In this document: positions 1-12,739 of the stretch, in pieces | Position numbering within the stretch: the stretch's first letter is position 1 | How the letters are laid out: each line of letters starts with the position of its first letter | NCBI RefSeq assembly: GCF_009914755.1 | Contig: NC_060928.1 | Length of the DNA stretch: 64,000 bases | Direction: 5' to 3' (one strand) | From: the human T2T-CHM13v2.0 reference genome, Homo sapiens | The notes under the pieces: generated by a model | Seen by the model: the letters and a program-made list of their open reading frames with translations, nothing else | Told to the model about the DNA's origin: nothing | The model's database searches: none | Program-made: the position numbers and the translations under genes

Positions 1-336
1 TATATGTTAGTTTTTGAAATACGGTTTAATTAGAAAGAACTCTTAAACCAAATCAATGATATGTAGCTTACTCACTTGAGAAATTCAGGGCAAAGCTGAT
101 CCTTTTTAGGTATGAAGGTCTAGTTGAAAATATGTAAGTGCTGTGTTGCAAAACAGAATCCTATATCACTGAGCCTTTCCATTCTGCATATTGCCCTTAA
201 TTTGCTGTTATACAATTTAACAGCTGTCTCTTAATAGCCATTTAAACTGAGATACTATGTAAGACAGTTATATTTTAGTTTATAATTATTTATAGCATCC
301 ACTGGGGAAGTTTAGGTACTACAAGAAGGCAGTGTA

Positions 337-638
337 GGCTGGGCACCGTGGTTCACACCTGTAATCCCAGCACTTTGGGAGGCTAACACAGGTGGACTGC
401 TTGAGATCAGGGGCTCGCAACCAGCCTTGGCAACATGGTGCAACCCTATCTCTACAAAAAATACAAAAAATGACCAGAGTGTGGGTGGTGTGTACCTGTA
501 GTCCTAGCTACCCAGGAGGCTGAGTTGAGAGAATCTCTTGAGCTGGAGAGGTCTAGGTTGTAGTGAGCCATGATGGCACCTGCACTCCAGCCTGGATGCC
601 TGGGTGACAGAGTGAGACCTTGTCTCCAAAAAAAAAAA
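337..638 (+). mobile_element. AluJ SINE
   Basis: Dimeric Alu with J-type motifs (gtgagccatgatggcacc, gtgagaccttgtctc) and A-tail; degenerate TSD agaaggcagtgta / agaaagcaatgta. Confidence 0.93.
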
Positions 639-2954
639 GAGAAAGCAATGTAGTAAGTCTCTAGAATCCTCTCATTCTTTGCCTTCTTTGGTTGCTTCTA
701 GCACCATCAAGAAATGATGTTTAAACTCTTTTCAGGAACGCTTACCTATTTTTCACAATCATTACCTTCATTAGATAGCATTTCCTGTTTGGCTTTTTTT
801 CTATTAGCGTGTGAAAAATATTCTTATGGTTTATTTATCCATCGCTACCCCAGAAAACAATAGTCCCTACTAAAAATGTTATATTTATATAGATATAAAG
901 AAGTCTTGAACTTACTCATGCTATTTTTTTCCCCAGAATTTGTTTTCTAAATAAACATTAATAACTTCTTGATTCTATGAACTGCAATTTGTCTGTCAGG
1001 AAAGTTATGTAGAGGCATGATGTTTAAGCTAGTTCAGTGTTACCTGAAAGACTGAATGATTCTTCAGATGGACAGAGATTGCACCCAGACAGCAAGCATG
1101 GATATTGACAATGTCCTTGTGAAGAACTGTGACATTTAACTTGTTAGGCTGCCACAATTTCATAGATGCTCACAGTAGCTCTTTCTTCACAGATAAAGAC
1201 TTTTATTATGTCTAGCATAGCAAACGGTATGGAATTCATTTCTGTGATGAGTTCCTCTTGCACCCTAAGTCCCTTGGGGGTGACATGGAGTGCGAAGGTG
1301 GATACTGTGAATGCAGAGGACCCTTGTCACAACTGAGGACCCTGAACTTAGGGAACTCTTTTATAATAGGCTGGAAGCAAACCTGTCCAAGATTTTCCCC
1401 AGAGAGAGATGTTATACTGATCAGCAAACAAATCTGCCCTCTGCTGTATCTGGCTAGTTTGTCTTTATACGAAAATGTTTAAAAATATAATCTAGAACAA
1501 AGGACATCAGATCGGTACTTCTACTGACAAGATGTGCAGAAACCCAAGAGATCCATGGAGAATTGTCTGCCAACAGTCCTGAGCAATGAATATGCTCATG
1601 GTTCAAACTCTTCCCACCAGAATTGTCTCCCCACTCTACTAATTCTAATTTATTTGAGTTACCCGTGGAGTGGGTCTTTTTATATTACCTTTATCATAGG
1701 CATTATTGATGATCAATAGACTGGCTAAGACATAAATAACAAGAAGTACAGAGGAGAGCTCATCATTGATTTGGCCCCATTTCATACATATGTACTATAA
1801 GTAATATTGACCTTTTTGAAGTTCTAGAAAATTCATTAAATACTAATAGCTCAAACTGGAATTCTTTTTAAGGAAGATAGTCTGGGAAAAAAAAGAAAGT
1901 TTTGTGTTGGAGAAACAAGAATCGGCTATTTAAAAAGATCTATATAAATACTGAGAACAGGATTAAGTCTTCCTGCAGTCTGAGTCAAATCTGTGGTTAG
2001 GGCTGAATGTTTATGACGATTGAGTGATCTGATGAATTACAGGTTTATAGCTTTCTTTTCTAGGTACTTAATTGTCTGCAGGAAGCTGGCTTTTTTGAAG
2101 TGAATTTTGTGTTCACTGTTCATATGATTGAAGTTATTAATGCCAAGGATTATTTAGTCACCCCTCCCTCAGTGTTACCAACCAGAAAACTGAGGCCCAA
2201 GTCGGCTGGGAGAGTTGCCTAAAGTTACATGTGAGGGAGGAGCAGGGCTAGCCTCTCACATTTCCCTGGAGGGGCTTTGTTTATTCAAAGGGTACAGCTT
2301 ATGTTAAGGTCAGAGAGACAGAGGGAGCGTGCATGCTCCCAAGACTGATTGATCTCAGCAGGAATTGTAATTCCTCTATGTATAGAAAACTCCACTCTTC
2401 ACTGTAAATACCAACCCATAATAGTATTGTATTTGGTAACTGGCCATAATGTATGAAAGCTCATTCCAGTTTGTGACTAGAGCTTGGCCCTAGTATAGAA
2501 AAATATTAATTACCATTCAAAATCACTTAAAAAAAGATGACTATCCAAAATGCAAACCCGGGGTTGCCTTAGGCATAATAAACAAATAATTAAACCAATT
2601 ATAACTTACCAGTGAAACTTGCAAGCTTTGAGAAGTTGGCCTTGTTTCATGTTTGGTGAAAGGCAGAGTGGTTTAATTACTTTCGTCTGTGGACAGAGGC
2701 ATTTCCATAGAGAGCTGGAAGGGATCTTTGAGAGCAAATGATCAGATGATTTTCACCCGTTTGAAGAACTGCGAGCTCTTGGAACCCCAGAGATAGGGTA
2801 GAGGGACCCACTGAGGGTGAAGATCTTCACTCTTACTTATTTCTTATAAAGCCATTTTGCTTATACCTGTTTTGTATCTTGATCTCTGTTACTTAGAAAA
2901 CATATTTTAAAACACACTAATACAGTATTTTACATTTTGACAGGCGTTGGGTGC

Positions 2955-3272
2955 ATGCATTTATTAAAACTAATTGAGTGCACACTTAAGATTTGTAAAT
3001 TTTATGTAAAAAGACGAAAAAGTTACTGAACTCAATTATGGCATGCTGAAATATTTAGGGGGAGGTGTACATCAGCGTCTGTGAATTACTTTGAAGTGAA
3101 CCAGAAATAAGGTGCATTGATGGGTGGATATAAGGTGGATACCCAATAAAGCAAGTATAGTAACATAGTAATGGTAGAAGGTAGATAAAGGATATATGTA
3201 GGGGTGCTTATTGTATGATTCTTTCAACTTTGCTGCATGATTGAAAACTTTCTTAAAATATTATATGGGAAA
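2955..3272 (+). mobile_element. Ancient L1M (L1ME/L1MC-like) 3' UTR fragment
   Basis: catgctgaaatatttaggggga...aattactttgaa...aaagcaagtatagtaa...attctttcaactttgctg resembles old L1M 3' ends. Confidence 0.6.
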
Positions 3273-3909
3273 AAACTCACCAATATAGTTTAGCCCTCTC
3301 ATTTTTGTAAATAAGGAAAGTGATGCTCAGGGAGAATATGATCAAATCATTGGCAGAATAAGATCTAGTACCAAAAAATCTTCAGAGAACTGGTTCTGCT
3401 GCCTGTCTATACATTCCGATTTTAGCATTTGCCCAAGAATTTTTGCATGAATGCCAGAAAAATCATGTATTTTTGATGAAATAATAGTATTATTAATGAT
3501 GAAAAAAGACATTTTGCAGGATTATTGGAACTCTTACTTTCATGATGCTATCTTCTCATGCCCATTTGTTAATTTTTATTCTGGTAACATTGAGGCAATT
3601 TTTGTGCTGCTTGTAGTTTAATACATTAGAGTTTATTGTGAATTTCTATATTATGTAGTATTTACGGCTTAAATTTTCCTTGTTTTCAATTCACAAGTAC
3701 CTAAATGCATGATATTTTATGATGAATATCTTCCTTTGAAAGTTCAGAAATGAAGGTAACATCTTAGAAAAGGTCTGTGAACGTTCTATAGATTATTTTG
3801 ATGTCTTTTCTGAAATTGAAAAAAAAATCGCCTTGCTTCTAGTGTTTGACTAGCATGTCATGGTAAAGGACAACCTAAAAGTGATTTCTCCATTACTCTT
3901 GTACTGTTC

Positions 3910-4952
3910 TAGAACACTTACAGGGTAAGAATCTCTGGAGTCAAGTCTGCCTTAGGTCTGAATTCTGGTTATGGTATTTCCAGATGTGAGAACATGGGGA
4001 AGTTACTAAACTTCTTTGAGCCTTTTTTTCCTTGGGTATAAAATGGGAATAATACTAGTATCCTATGGCTCTTAGTATTTAATAGGTATCAGGTGTAACT
4101 TTTATTAGTAGTAAACTTAGACTTTGCTAGTGAATGATATATCTTTGTCGTATTATATTTGTACTTATAACATCTATTTATATATTATCTTATTTTTATT
4201 TATTGTTGATATTCATCTCTACATGGGATTGTGCTTCTGCATATTTACAGGATTTACATCTTGCCTGTGCAGTGTTTGCTCTTACAGTTGTTTACCCCAA
4301 AGCATGAGTCATCTACAAAGCACATTTTAGTTAAGATTGGGCATATTTATTTCTCAATTCTGTTTTCCTTTAAATGACTCTTTTGGCCTTCTTAAATTTT
4401 GGCATTGATTACTGCTTTTCAGTTTCCTCCCTAGAATCCAAAATGTAAGAATTATAGAATTGTAGCCTTGCATAACTCAAAATGTGAGAAATGTATAAGG
4501 CCGAATTAGTAACTAATTAAATTTTTTATCATTAGCGTAACTTTAAAAAATTGCAGTGCAAAGATGCTACTATTTCTTATTAAGTTGATAAAAAATATTG
4601 GTGTTATTTGAAGATGTAATTTTAGACAAATGGAAATTTTAGTTGGAAGATTATTAGATACGTATCTTACCCCCCACAGCATACATATACACATGCATAA
4701 GATGATAGTATAGTAAGTAATGTACATGTAAGATAATAGTATACCATTTGAAGGAAAAATTGTCAAGGTTATATTTATTACAGTTCAATCGTTGTGTAAT
4801 TTTTTTTGGTCCATCATTTGAAATCCTTTTTTTAAAATAATGTGATACTTCTTAGATTTAAGGGTGACAGAATGAGCTTAAGGTACAGCATCATAGAATT
4901 TGGAGGCACACAGTCATAGAACACTTACAGGCTAAGAATCTCTGGAGTCAAG
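3910..4952 (+). repeat. 36-bp direct duplication, copies at 3910-3945 and 4917-4952
   Basis: tagaacacttacagg(g/c)taagaatctctggagtcaag, 35/36 identical. Confidence 0.95.
3922..4075 (+). mobile_element. MIR SINE
   Basis: ctctggagtcaag...gggaagttactaaacttctttgagcct...tataaaatgggaataatactagta resembles the MIR core. Confidence 0.8.
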
Positions 4953-4987
4953 GAAGATGCTTTGAGCTCATTTGGAATTTCAGATTT

Positions 4988-5142
4988 GTGGTTTTTAACA
5001 CTTGCTGCACGTTAAAATTATTTGGGGGAGTCTTAAAAATACTAATATTTAGGTTGTATCCCAGATGCATGAAATTAGAATCTCTGTGAGGGGTCCTGAA
5101 TATTCCTAGTTTTTAAAAGCTCACCTGGTGATCCTACAATGA
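4988..5142. mobile_element. MER5-like hAT MITE
   Basis: ctgcacgttaaaattatttggggga...aattagaatctctg...tttttaaaagctcacctggtgatcct. Confidence 0.7.
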
Positions 5143-5679
5143 TATCAATTATAAAAAACATTTTCTGGGTTTTTTTTTTCTTTTCCACTGTTTCAAGAGG
5201 AAACAGATCACTGCTGTAAATCTTGGTAAAGTCATAGAGCTATTTATCTTTAGAATTGAAATAGCATCTTGGTCTCCTCTTACACGGTGGTTTCTCCCCT
5301 CTCCCACGATGCTATCATTTTCATTTCCTCTAGTTTGTGTTTTTTATTTTGAGTTTGTGAGGGTCCCCAAAACCACTGGGGTAGGAGCTACACCTGTAGC
5401 TAGGCCTGGTTTTGGTGGATGACCCCAGATGAATCACCCATTTGGATTTCCTGAAACACTGGAGAGTAAATGAAGACCCTGGCGTAGCTCCAGTGTACCT
5501 CAACTGGACTAGTCAAACTGCTCTGTAAATAGAGTTCTTCTGTGGTCAGGAGAAAACCCTGTGGCATTTCTAGTTGGTTACTCTAAATCTTATGGACTAT
5601 GTATTAATTATATTGTACTTTATTCAGTAATAATGGAATATATGTGTAATAGAATAGTTTTAGTTTCAGGCATATATTA

Positions 5680-6005
<326 letters not shown>

Positions 6006-6438
6006 GAATAAACAAAAATCAATATTACTTTGTCATTGGAACTTAATAACTTAATTAAAATAATTTTACCTATTTTATGATATTATTACAATTTTGTTGT
6101 TATTTATAGACAATATAATTCATATAGTATATATATAATTAACTGACTTTCTGTGTATTCCATAATTATTTGGAATATGGAGTTGTAATATTATCACGCC
6201 ATCAAGGCTAACCTCCAAATGAATGGCAATATGGAGAAATGTGTTTGTAACTCACTTATGATACATTCTTTGGATAAATACAGCTTATTCTAGGCTTTCA
6301 TCCCCATTTCTTGCTGTGGCGGGATAATGTTGTAGTCTGAAATGGCATGTGGCCAGACGTGGATGCAGTATTAGTGCCTCTTGCAGGCCTTGTTTAAAAC
6401 ACTCACTCTGGGATACTACTGTGCTTCTTTACTTCCAG

Positions 6439-6544
6439 ACTGACCACTGCTCTAAGCAGTGTTGGGGCAATGCCTGGGCTGCCCGAGCCCTTGAAGTTCA
6501 AGAAGAAGCACCTGGACTTCTCATGAGGGGAGGTCAGAGTCAAT
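6439..6544 (+). other. Candidate spliced exon, 106 nt (cassette or non-coding)
   Basis: Acceptor gtgcttctttacttccAG after ~50 nt without AG, branch-like ctcac near 6402, donor AT|GTAAGT, internal gaagttcaagaagaag. No transcript evidence available. Confidence 0.3.
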
Positions 6545-7616
6545 GTAAGTGACTTCCTAATTTGGGGGGCTAAATCCCTTCAGTGATTGAGGTCTGTATG
6601 AAGTCAGCCATATAAATAGCTATTTCCAATGTGTTTTATGTCAGCATCATACCCCAAAATACTGCCATTGACCTAAAATAAAACTTTAGAAGTGTTTCTC
6701 AAGTAATAAATGCCATGCGTCTCCTGTGAAAATCATCATTTCCCTGAGTTATCCATTGATATTTTCAATTCCATGAAAATACTACTTTGAGGACATTGGA
6801 GTTGCTTTGCACGTTGGCATCAATTAAGAGAAAACTTAGAAAGTCTAATTTAAAAATTACTTGGACTTTATAGCTAAGTAGAGAGCTTTATTTGTCAGGC
6901 AGAAATGCATATGTGGGCAAAGGTGAAACATTTATAACTTTGAGAATAGTTTTAATTTTGCTAGAGTTAGAGAATTGTTGTTGAGCATTGTTGGTTAATA
7001 CAGCTTTATATCATTTCAATGATGTTGCTTCAGGAACTCCCAATCATGTAATAATTCTCAAAAGTAACAGTTCAGTAAATTGTATCAGAAAATACTTGCC
7101 ATGTACACAAATGGACAATAGAAATGGTAGAAATAATGTTTATTTGTGAGAAATTGTAGGGGAATAGAATTAGGTTTCTCCTATAAGGCAACCTAATTTG
7201 ATGCTTGTATTAAGATGGAATTTTCATTAAAAACCGAGATAGGTGAGAAAGTGATGAAAGAATAGAAAATATTACAATCCCATTTTCATTCTTATCAAAT
7301 CCTGAGGATCTAAATATCTTTTCAAATATTCTTTTTGTTTATAAGTTATATGGTAATGGTGTTTGGAGATCATGTGAGGATCATTTATCTAGTACAGTTC
7401 AACTTTAGAACATTTTGCATAAAATTATAATAATTTGAATAGGAGGGAAAGCAAAGGTCTACAATAAGTAAAGGTTCAAATTAGCTTATTTTTTTCCTTT
7501 GTCATGGCTTAGATCCAACTTAGATAAATTTGAGCAATGAATATTATACAAACAAATGTTTTACAAATAGTACTTTCCTTAATTGAGTCTATCCTGTAAC
7601 ACATTAAAATCACATG

Positions 7617-7835
7617 CATTGGGAAGAGCGTGGAACATGCAGTTCAAAAGCTTCAGGTATACTCTAAGTTCAGACACCCCTTTTTACTACAGTGTCATTT
7701 ATGTTCTCTCAGCATCAGACCTGATAACCTGTCCTGCCTACCCTCCTGGGTTGTTATGGGGCCCAAATGAGATGACATATGGCATATGCGAAAGTGCCTT
7801 GCTAAGTATAACAAGCTAAATAAAATTTGTTATTC
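7617..7835 (+). mobile_element. MIR SINE
   Basis: cctgcctaccctcctgggttgttatggggcccaaatgagatgacata...gaaagtgcctt resembles the MIR 3' half. Confidence 0.75.
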
Positions 7836-9917
7836 TTTTGGATGCAGCATTTAGAACAAAACTTTTATAAAAATCAGGATATTTTATCCAACAACCTTAG
7901 AGATGGTTGTCTTTTTTATACGTGTATTTTGGTTAAAGCAAGAAACAAAGTAATTAATATAGAGTAGGCTAAAATGCATGGCATAACAACATCAAAATGC
8001 AAAATAGCTTCAGTTACCATGGCATATTCTGGAATCAAACTGTTTTTATTAGTTCCCCGTCTCCCTTTCTTTAACTTCTCCTCCTTCCTTCTCTTTCTTT
8101 CTTAACACTGTTTCTTCCAAATTGAAACGTCTTTTCTGTTTATCTCCTGACCATAAGCTTTATACCCCGGGGACCCTTCTTTCAAAGTGTTATATCACTT
8201 AGTTATTCTGGCAGATTTTGTATAAGGCATTTTTGACACCCTTCCCTTGATGTCTTATAGTTAGACAAGGTGACGTTCTAAGCCACTGGACCAGAAACAG
8301 GAAAAGCAGTGTTTGGTCCCCAAGGAGTGATAAAACTACAGGTAGTGTTGGCAGGTGTGTATAGTCACACTTCAGCTGAGACTGTTCTGTGGTTTGAAAC
8401 TCTTTAGCTGTATCTGTCATACCACTTACAGTTTTTTTTAAAAAAAAGTTTAAACATTGCATCACTGCATGTTTAGAATAAAGTAACTCAGAGCAGAAAC
8501 GTAGAAAAGTAATGCATACAAAGGAAAGTAAACAGAGCATGAGAAGAAATACAGAGAAACTGAATTATATAATGAAAATGGCAAAGATAAATTTTAGGTT
8601 GGGAGATGAGGAGAAGACTTGGATGAGAGAGAAAGAAAAGAAAACTGATTTTACCAGGATTGCTCTAGCTTTTCAGGGCTTATTTCAGAAAAGCTGACTA
8701 GGGCTCTGGAACCCAGGGAATCAGTGCTCCCCAGTTGACCTATGCCAAGAACACTGGGAAGGGAGAAAAAGCCAGAAGTGAATGGGTAACAGAAGGTAAG
8801 GACTCATTTATTCTGGCCTTCATAGTTTAAACAACATAAACTTAAGAGGAGTATTTGTTTTGAAACTATTGAAACTTATTAGCATCAAATACTTGCTATG
8901 ATTCTTTGTTATTGGTTGGTTGTTTTTGAAACCTCTGGTTGAAAGAGTGGTTTAGAAAGCTCAATATTTCCGTAGCTATGGTTTGCCATCCTGTTATTAC
9001 CCTAAGGCAGAAAATTGGGGTTGCTTCTTCTCTATTATTCTTCTTCCTTCGTTTCTTTAATATAATCATCCCTTTTCTTCCCTGCCTTTCTTCCCATGTC
9101 TCTTTGTTCTTCCTTTGCTTACTTGTTTTCTGTTCCCCTACTCCAAAATTTTAGAATGATTTATTCAGACTTACAAGTCATTACATGACACTGTAAAATC
9201 TCAGAAATATTTTTCTTCAGGCATATCAATAATAAGTAATATCAACTCAAAGAAGATTAATGTGCCACTTTGAATTCTCAAATTTTCTCTACTGTGAAAA
9301 GAGACTAGTATTTGAGAAAAACATACAAGTTAAAACCAGAATATTCAGAAATTTGGGCTATTTTTGAGCATTAGCTTATGCTTCTCAGAATTTATATGTA
9401 TGTAAACACTGGAAATTTTGGACTATGATATTTAGATAGAGCCTAATCTTACTGAGGGTTACTATCTGGTAGCCAGCACAGGATTTGTGAAAATCAGTCT
9501 CTGATTCCTTGAGATTTCTTTGTTTACCTGGTTTCTGCATTTGAGTGGTTATTGAGCTGCTGTAGTGTACTTCTGTCTCTCAAGTAGGGATATCATTAGC
9601 TGGCTTGTACTTGTCTTGGAAACATTACAAAAAAAGTGCCCCTTCTGAGCCAAAGAATTATAAACCACTTTTCAGTTTGGCTTGGCATTGAAATTGGGCT
9701 GAGTTTAGGCCCCTCATGCCACCCAGGAACTTCTGCACATAAATAAACAGTACAATCATATGCAGTAATCCCTAGGGAAAATGTGATTTTTTTTCTCTAA
9801 AAATGATGGTGCTTTATAAATCATCAAGTCTTCAAACCACAGCAAAATTTTTTTCAGTCTTAGTCAATAATCAGACATTGCTGACTTTTGTAAGTAAGAG
9901 ATTATCAACATTTTATC

Positions 9918-9941
9918 TGTCAAATATTTAAATATTTGACA
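9918..9941. repeat. Perfect 24-bp palindrome
   Basis: tgtcaaatattt|aaatatttgaca is its own reverse complement. Confidence 0.95.
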
Positions 9942-10015
9942 AATCAAATATTCAAAGCTTTAAATAAAGTAATATTGTAGTAATATGATATAAATAGGAA
10001 AGTGCATCGGAAATA

Positions 10016-10023
10016 TAGGTATA

Positions 10024-10064
<41 letters not shown>

Positions 10065-12739
10065 AGACAGAGTCTTGCTCTGTCGCCCAGGCTGAAGTGC
10101 AGTGGTACGATCTCGGCTCACTGCAAGCTCCGCCTCCCGGGTTCACGCCATTCTCCTGCCTCAGCCTCCTGTCCTGAGTAGCTGGGACTACAGGCACCCA
10201 CCACCACGCTCCACTAATTTTTTTTGTATTTTTAGTAGAGACGGGGTTTCACCGTATTAGTGAGGATGGTCTCGATTTCCTGACCTTGTGATCCGCCAGC
10301 CTTGGCTTCCCAAAGTGCTAGGATTACAGGCGTGAGCCACTGCACCTGGCTGGTATACCTGGTTTTATTGCACTTTGCTTTATGATGCTTCACAGATACT
10401 GCATTTTTTTAACACAATTTAATGTTTGTGGCAACCCTGTGCCAATGCCATTTTTCTAACAATATGAGCTCGCTTCATGTCTCTGTGTCACATTTTGGTA
10501 ATTCTCACAATATTTCAGACTTTTTCATCATTATTATATCTGTTATGGTGATCTGGGATTGATGATCTTTGATGCTATTCTTGGAATTGTTTTGGAGCAC
10601 CATGAACCATGCCCATATAAGACAGAGAACTTTATCAATGTTGTGTGTGTCTTCTGACTGTTCCACTTACCAACCATTTTCCAGTATCTCTCCATTTCCT
10701 TGGTTCTTTCTATTCCATGAGACACAACAGTATTGAAATTAGGCCAGTTAATAACCCTACAGTGGCCTCTATATTTTCAAGTGAAAACAAGAGTCTCACA
10801 TCTCTCACTTTAAATCAAAAGCTAGAAATGATAAAGCTGACTGAGGATAGTATGTCCAAAGCCGAGATAGGCCAAGAGCGAGGCTTCTTGGGCCACAGAG
10901 TTACCCAAGTTTTGAATGCAAAGGAAAAGTGCTTGAAGGACATTAAAAGTGCTACTCTGGTGAACACATGAATGATAAGAAAGCAAAACAGCTTATTTCT
11001 GATATGGAGAAAATTTAAGTGGTCTGGATAGATCAGTCAACCACAACATTCGCTTAAGCCAAAGCCTAATCCAGAACAAGGCTCTAACTCTATTCAAGGC
11101 TATGAAGGCTGAGTGAGGTGAGGAAGCTGCAGAGGAAATGTTGGAGGCTAGCAGAGGTTAGCTCAGAAGGATTAAGGAAAGAAGCCTTCTCCATAACCTA
11201 AAAGTGCAAGGTGAAGCAGAAAGTGCTTTTGTAGACGCTGCAGCAAGTTATTCAGAAAATCTAGCTAAGATCATTGATGGAGGTGGCCACACTAAGCAAC
11301 ATATTTTCAATGTAGATGGAGCACCCTTCTATTGGAAGAAGATGCCATCTAGGACTTTCATAGTTAGAGAGGAGAAGTCAATGCATGACTTCGAAGCTTC
11401 AAAGGACAGGCTGACTCTTTTGTTAGGAACTAAGGCAGCTGATGACTTTAAGTTAAAGCCAACGCTTATTTACCATTCTGAAAATTCTAAGGCCCTTAGG
11501 AATTATACTAAATCTACTCTGCCTGTGTTCTGTATATGGAACAACAAACCCTGTAATACAGAACACCTGTTTACAGCATGGTTTATTGAATATTTAAGTC
11601 CACTGTGGAGACTTACTGCTCCAAAAAAAAGATTCTTTTCAAAATATGACTGCTCATTGGCAATGTACCTTGTCACTCAAGAGTTCCAAAAGAAATGTCC
11701 ATGGAGATTAATGTTGTTTTCACACTGCTAACACAACATCCATTCTATATCCCACAGAGGAGCAATTTTGGCTTTCAAGTGTTATTGGTTAAGAAATACA
11801 TTTTGTATGGCTATGGTTGCCATAAATAGTGATTCCTCTGATGGATTTGGGTCTGAGCAAAGTAAATCGTAAACCTTCTGAAAAGAATTCACCATTCCAG
11901 ATGCCATTATGAACAATGAGATTCATGGGATGAGATCAAAATATCAACATTAACAGGATTTGGAAGAAGTTGATTCCAACTCATATGAATTACTGTGAGG
12001 GGTTCAGGATTTTTAGTGGAGGAAGTAATTGCAGATGTGATGGAAATAGTTAGAGAACTAGAATTAGAAGTAAAACCTGAAGATGTGACTGATTTGCTGC
12101 AATCCCATGATAAAACTTGAGTGGATAAAGAATTGTTTCTTATGGATGAGCAAAGAAAGGGGTTTCTTGAGATAGAATATACCCCAGGTGAAGATGCTTT
12201 GAGCATTGTTGACATGACAACAAAAAATTTAGAATATTACATAAACTTACTTGGTAAAGCAGTGGCAGAGTTTGAGAAGACTGACTTCAAGTTTCAAAGA
12301 AGTTCTATTGTAGGTAAAATGCTACCAAACAGAATAGCATGATACAGAGAAATTCCTTGTGAAAGAGTCAATTGATGTGACAAATTCCATGTCTTATTTT
12401 AGGAAATTGTCACAACTACCCCAACCTTCAGCAACCACCACCTTGATTAGTCAGCAGCTATGAACACTGATGCAGGACCCTCCATCAGCAAAAAGATTAC
12501 TATTTACTGAAGGCTCAAATGACTGTTAGCCATTTTTAGCAATAAAGTAATTTTAGGTTAAGGCATATACTTTTTTTTAGAGATAATTCTATTGCACACT
12601 TAATAGACTACAGCGTAGTATAAATATAACTTTTGTATGCACTGGGAAACAAAAAGGTTTGTGTGACTCACTTTATTGTGACATTCACTTTATTGTGGTA
12701 GTCTGGAATCAAACCTGCAATATCTCCAAGGTATGCCTG
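10016..12739 (+). mobile_element. Tigger1 (TcMar-Tigger/pogo) DNA transposon, full length, transposase disrupted
   Basis: TA-flanked termini (ta|taggtatacct ... aggtatgcctg|ta); ~2.39 kb after removing the Alu; ORF pieces [15 protein letters not shown] (HTH region) and IFNVDGAPFYWKKMPSRTF...ASKDRLTLLLG (DDE region) broken by stops and frameshifts. Confidence 0.95.
10026..10351 (-). mobile_element. AluY inserted in the left terminal repeat of Tigger1
   Basis: Y diagnostics (ctgcaagctccgcctcccgggttcacgccattc), 38-T tail, 9-bp TSD ggtatacct (10018-10026 / 10352-10360). Confidence 0.93.

Noticed and set aside
2600-2700. Minus-strand 77-nt exon-like unit (ccacAG ... CTG|GTAAGT)
   Set aside because: Short pyrimidine tract, unrecognised peptide, no partner exons
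10645-12342. Domesticated TIGD/CENP-B-like gene
   Set aside because: The transposase frame is broken by stops and frameshifts, and the TIRs and TA TSD are retained: an ordinary Tigger1 fossil
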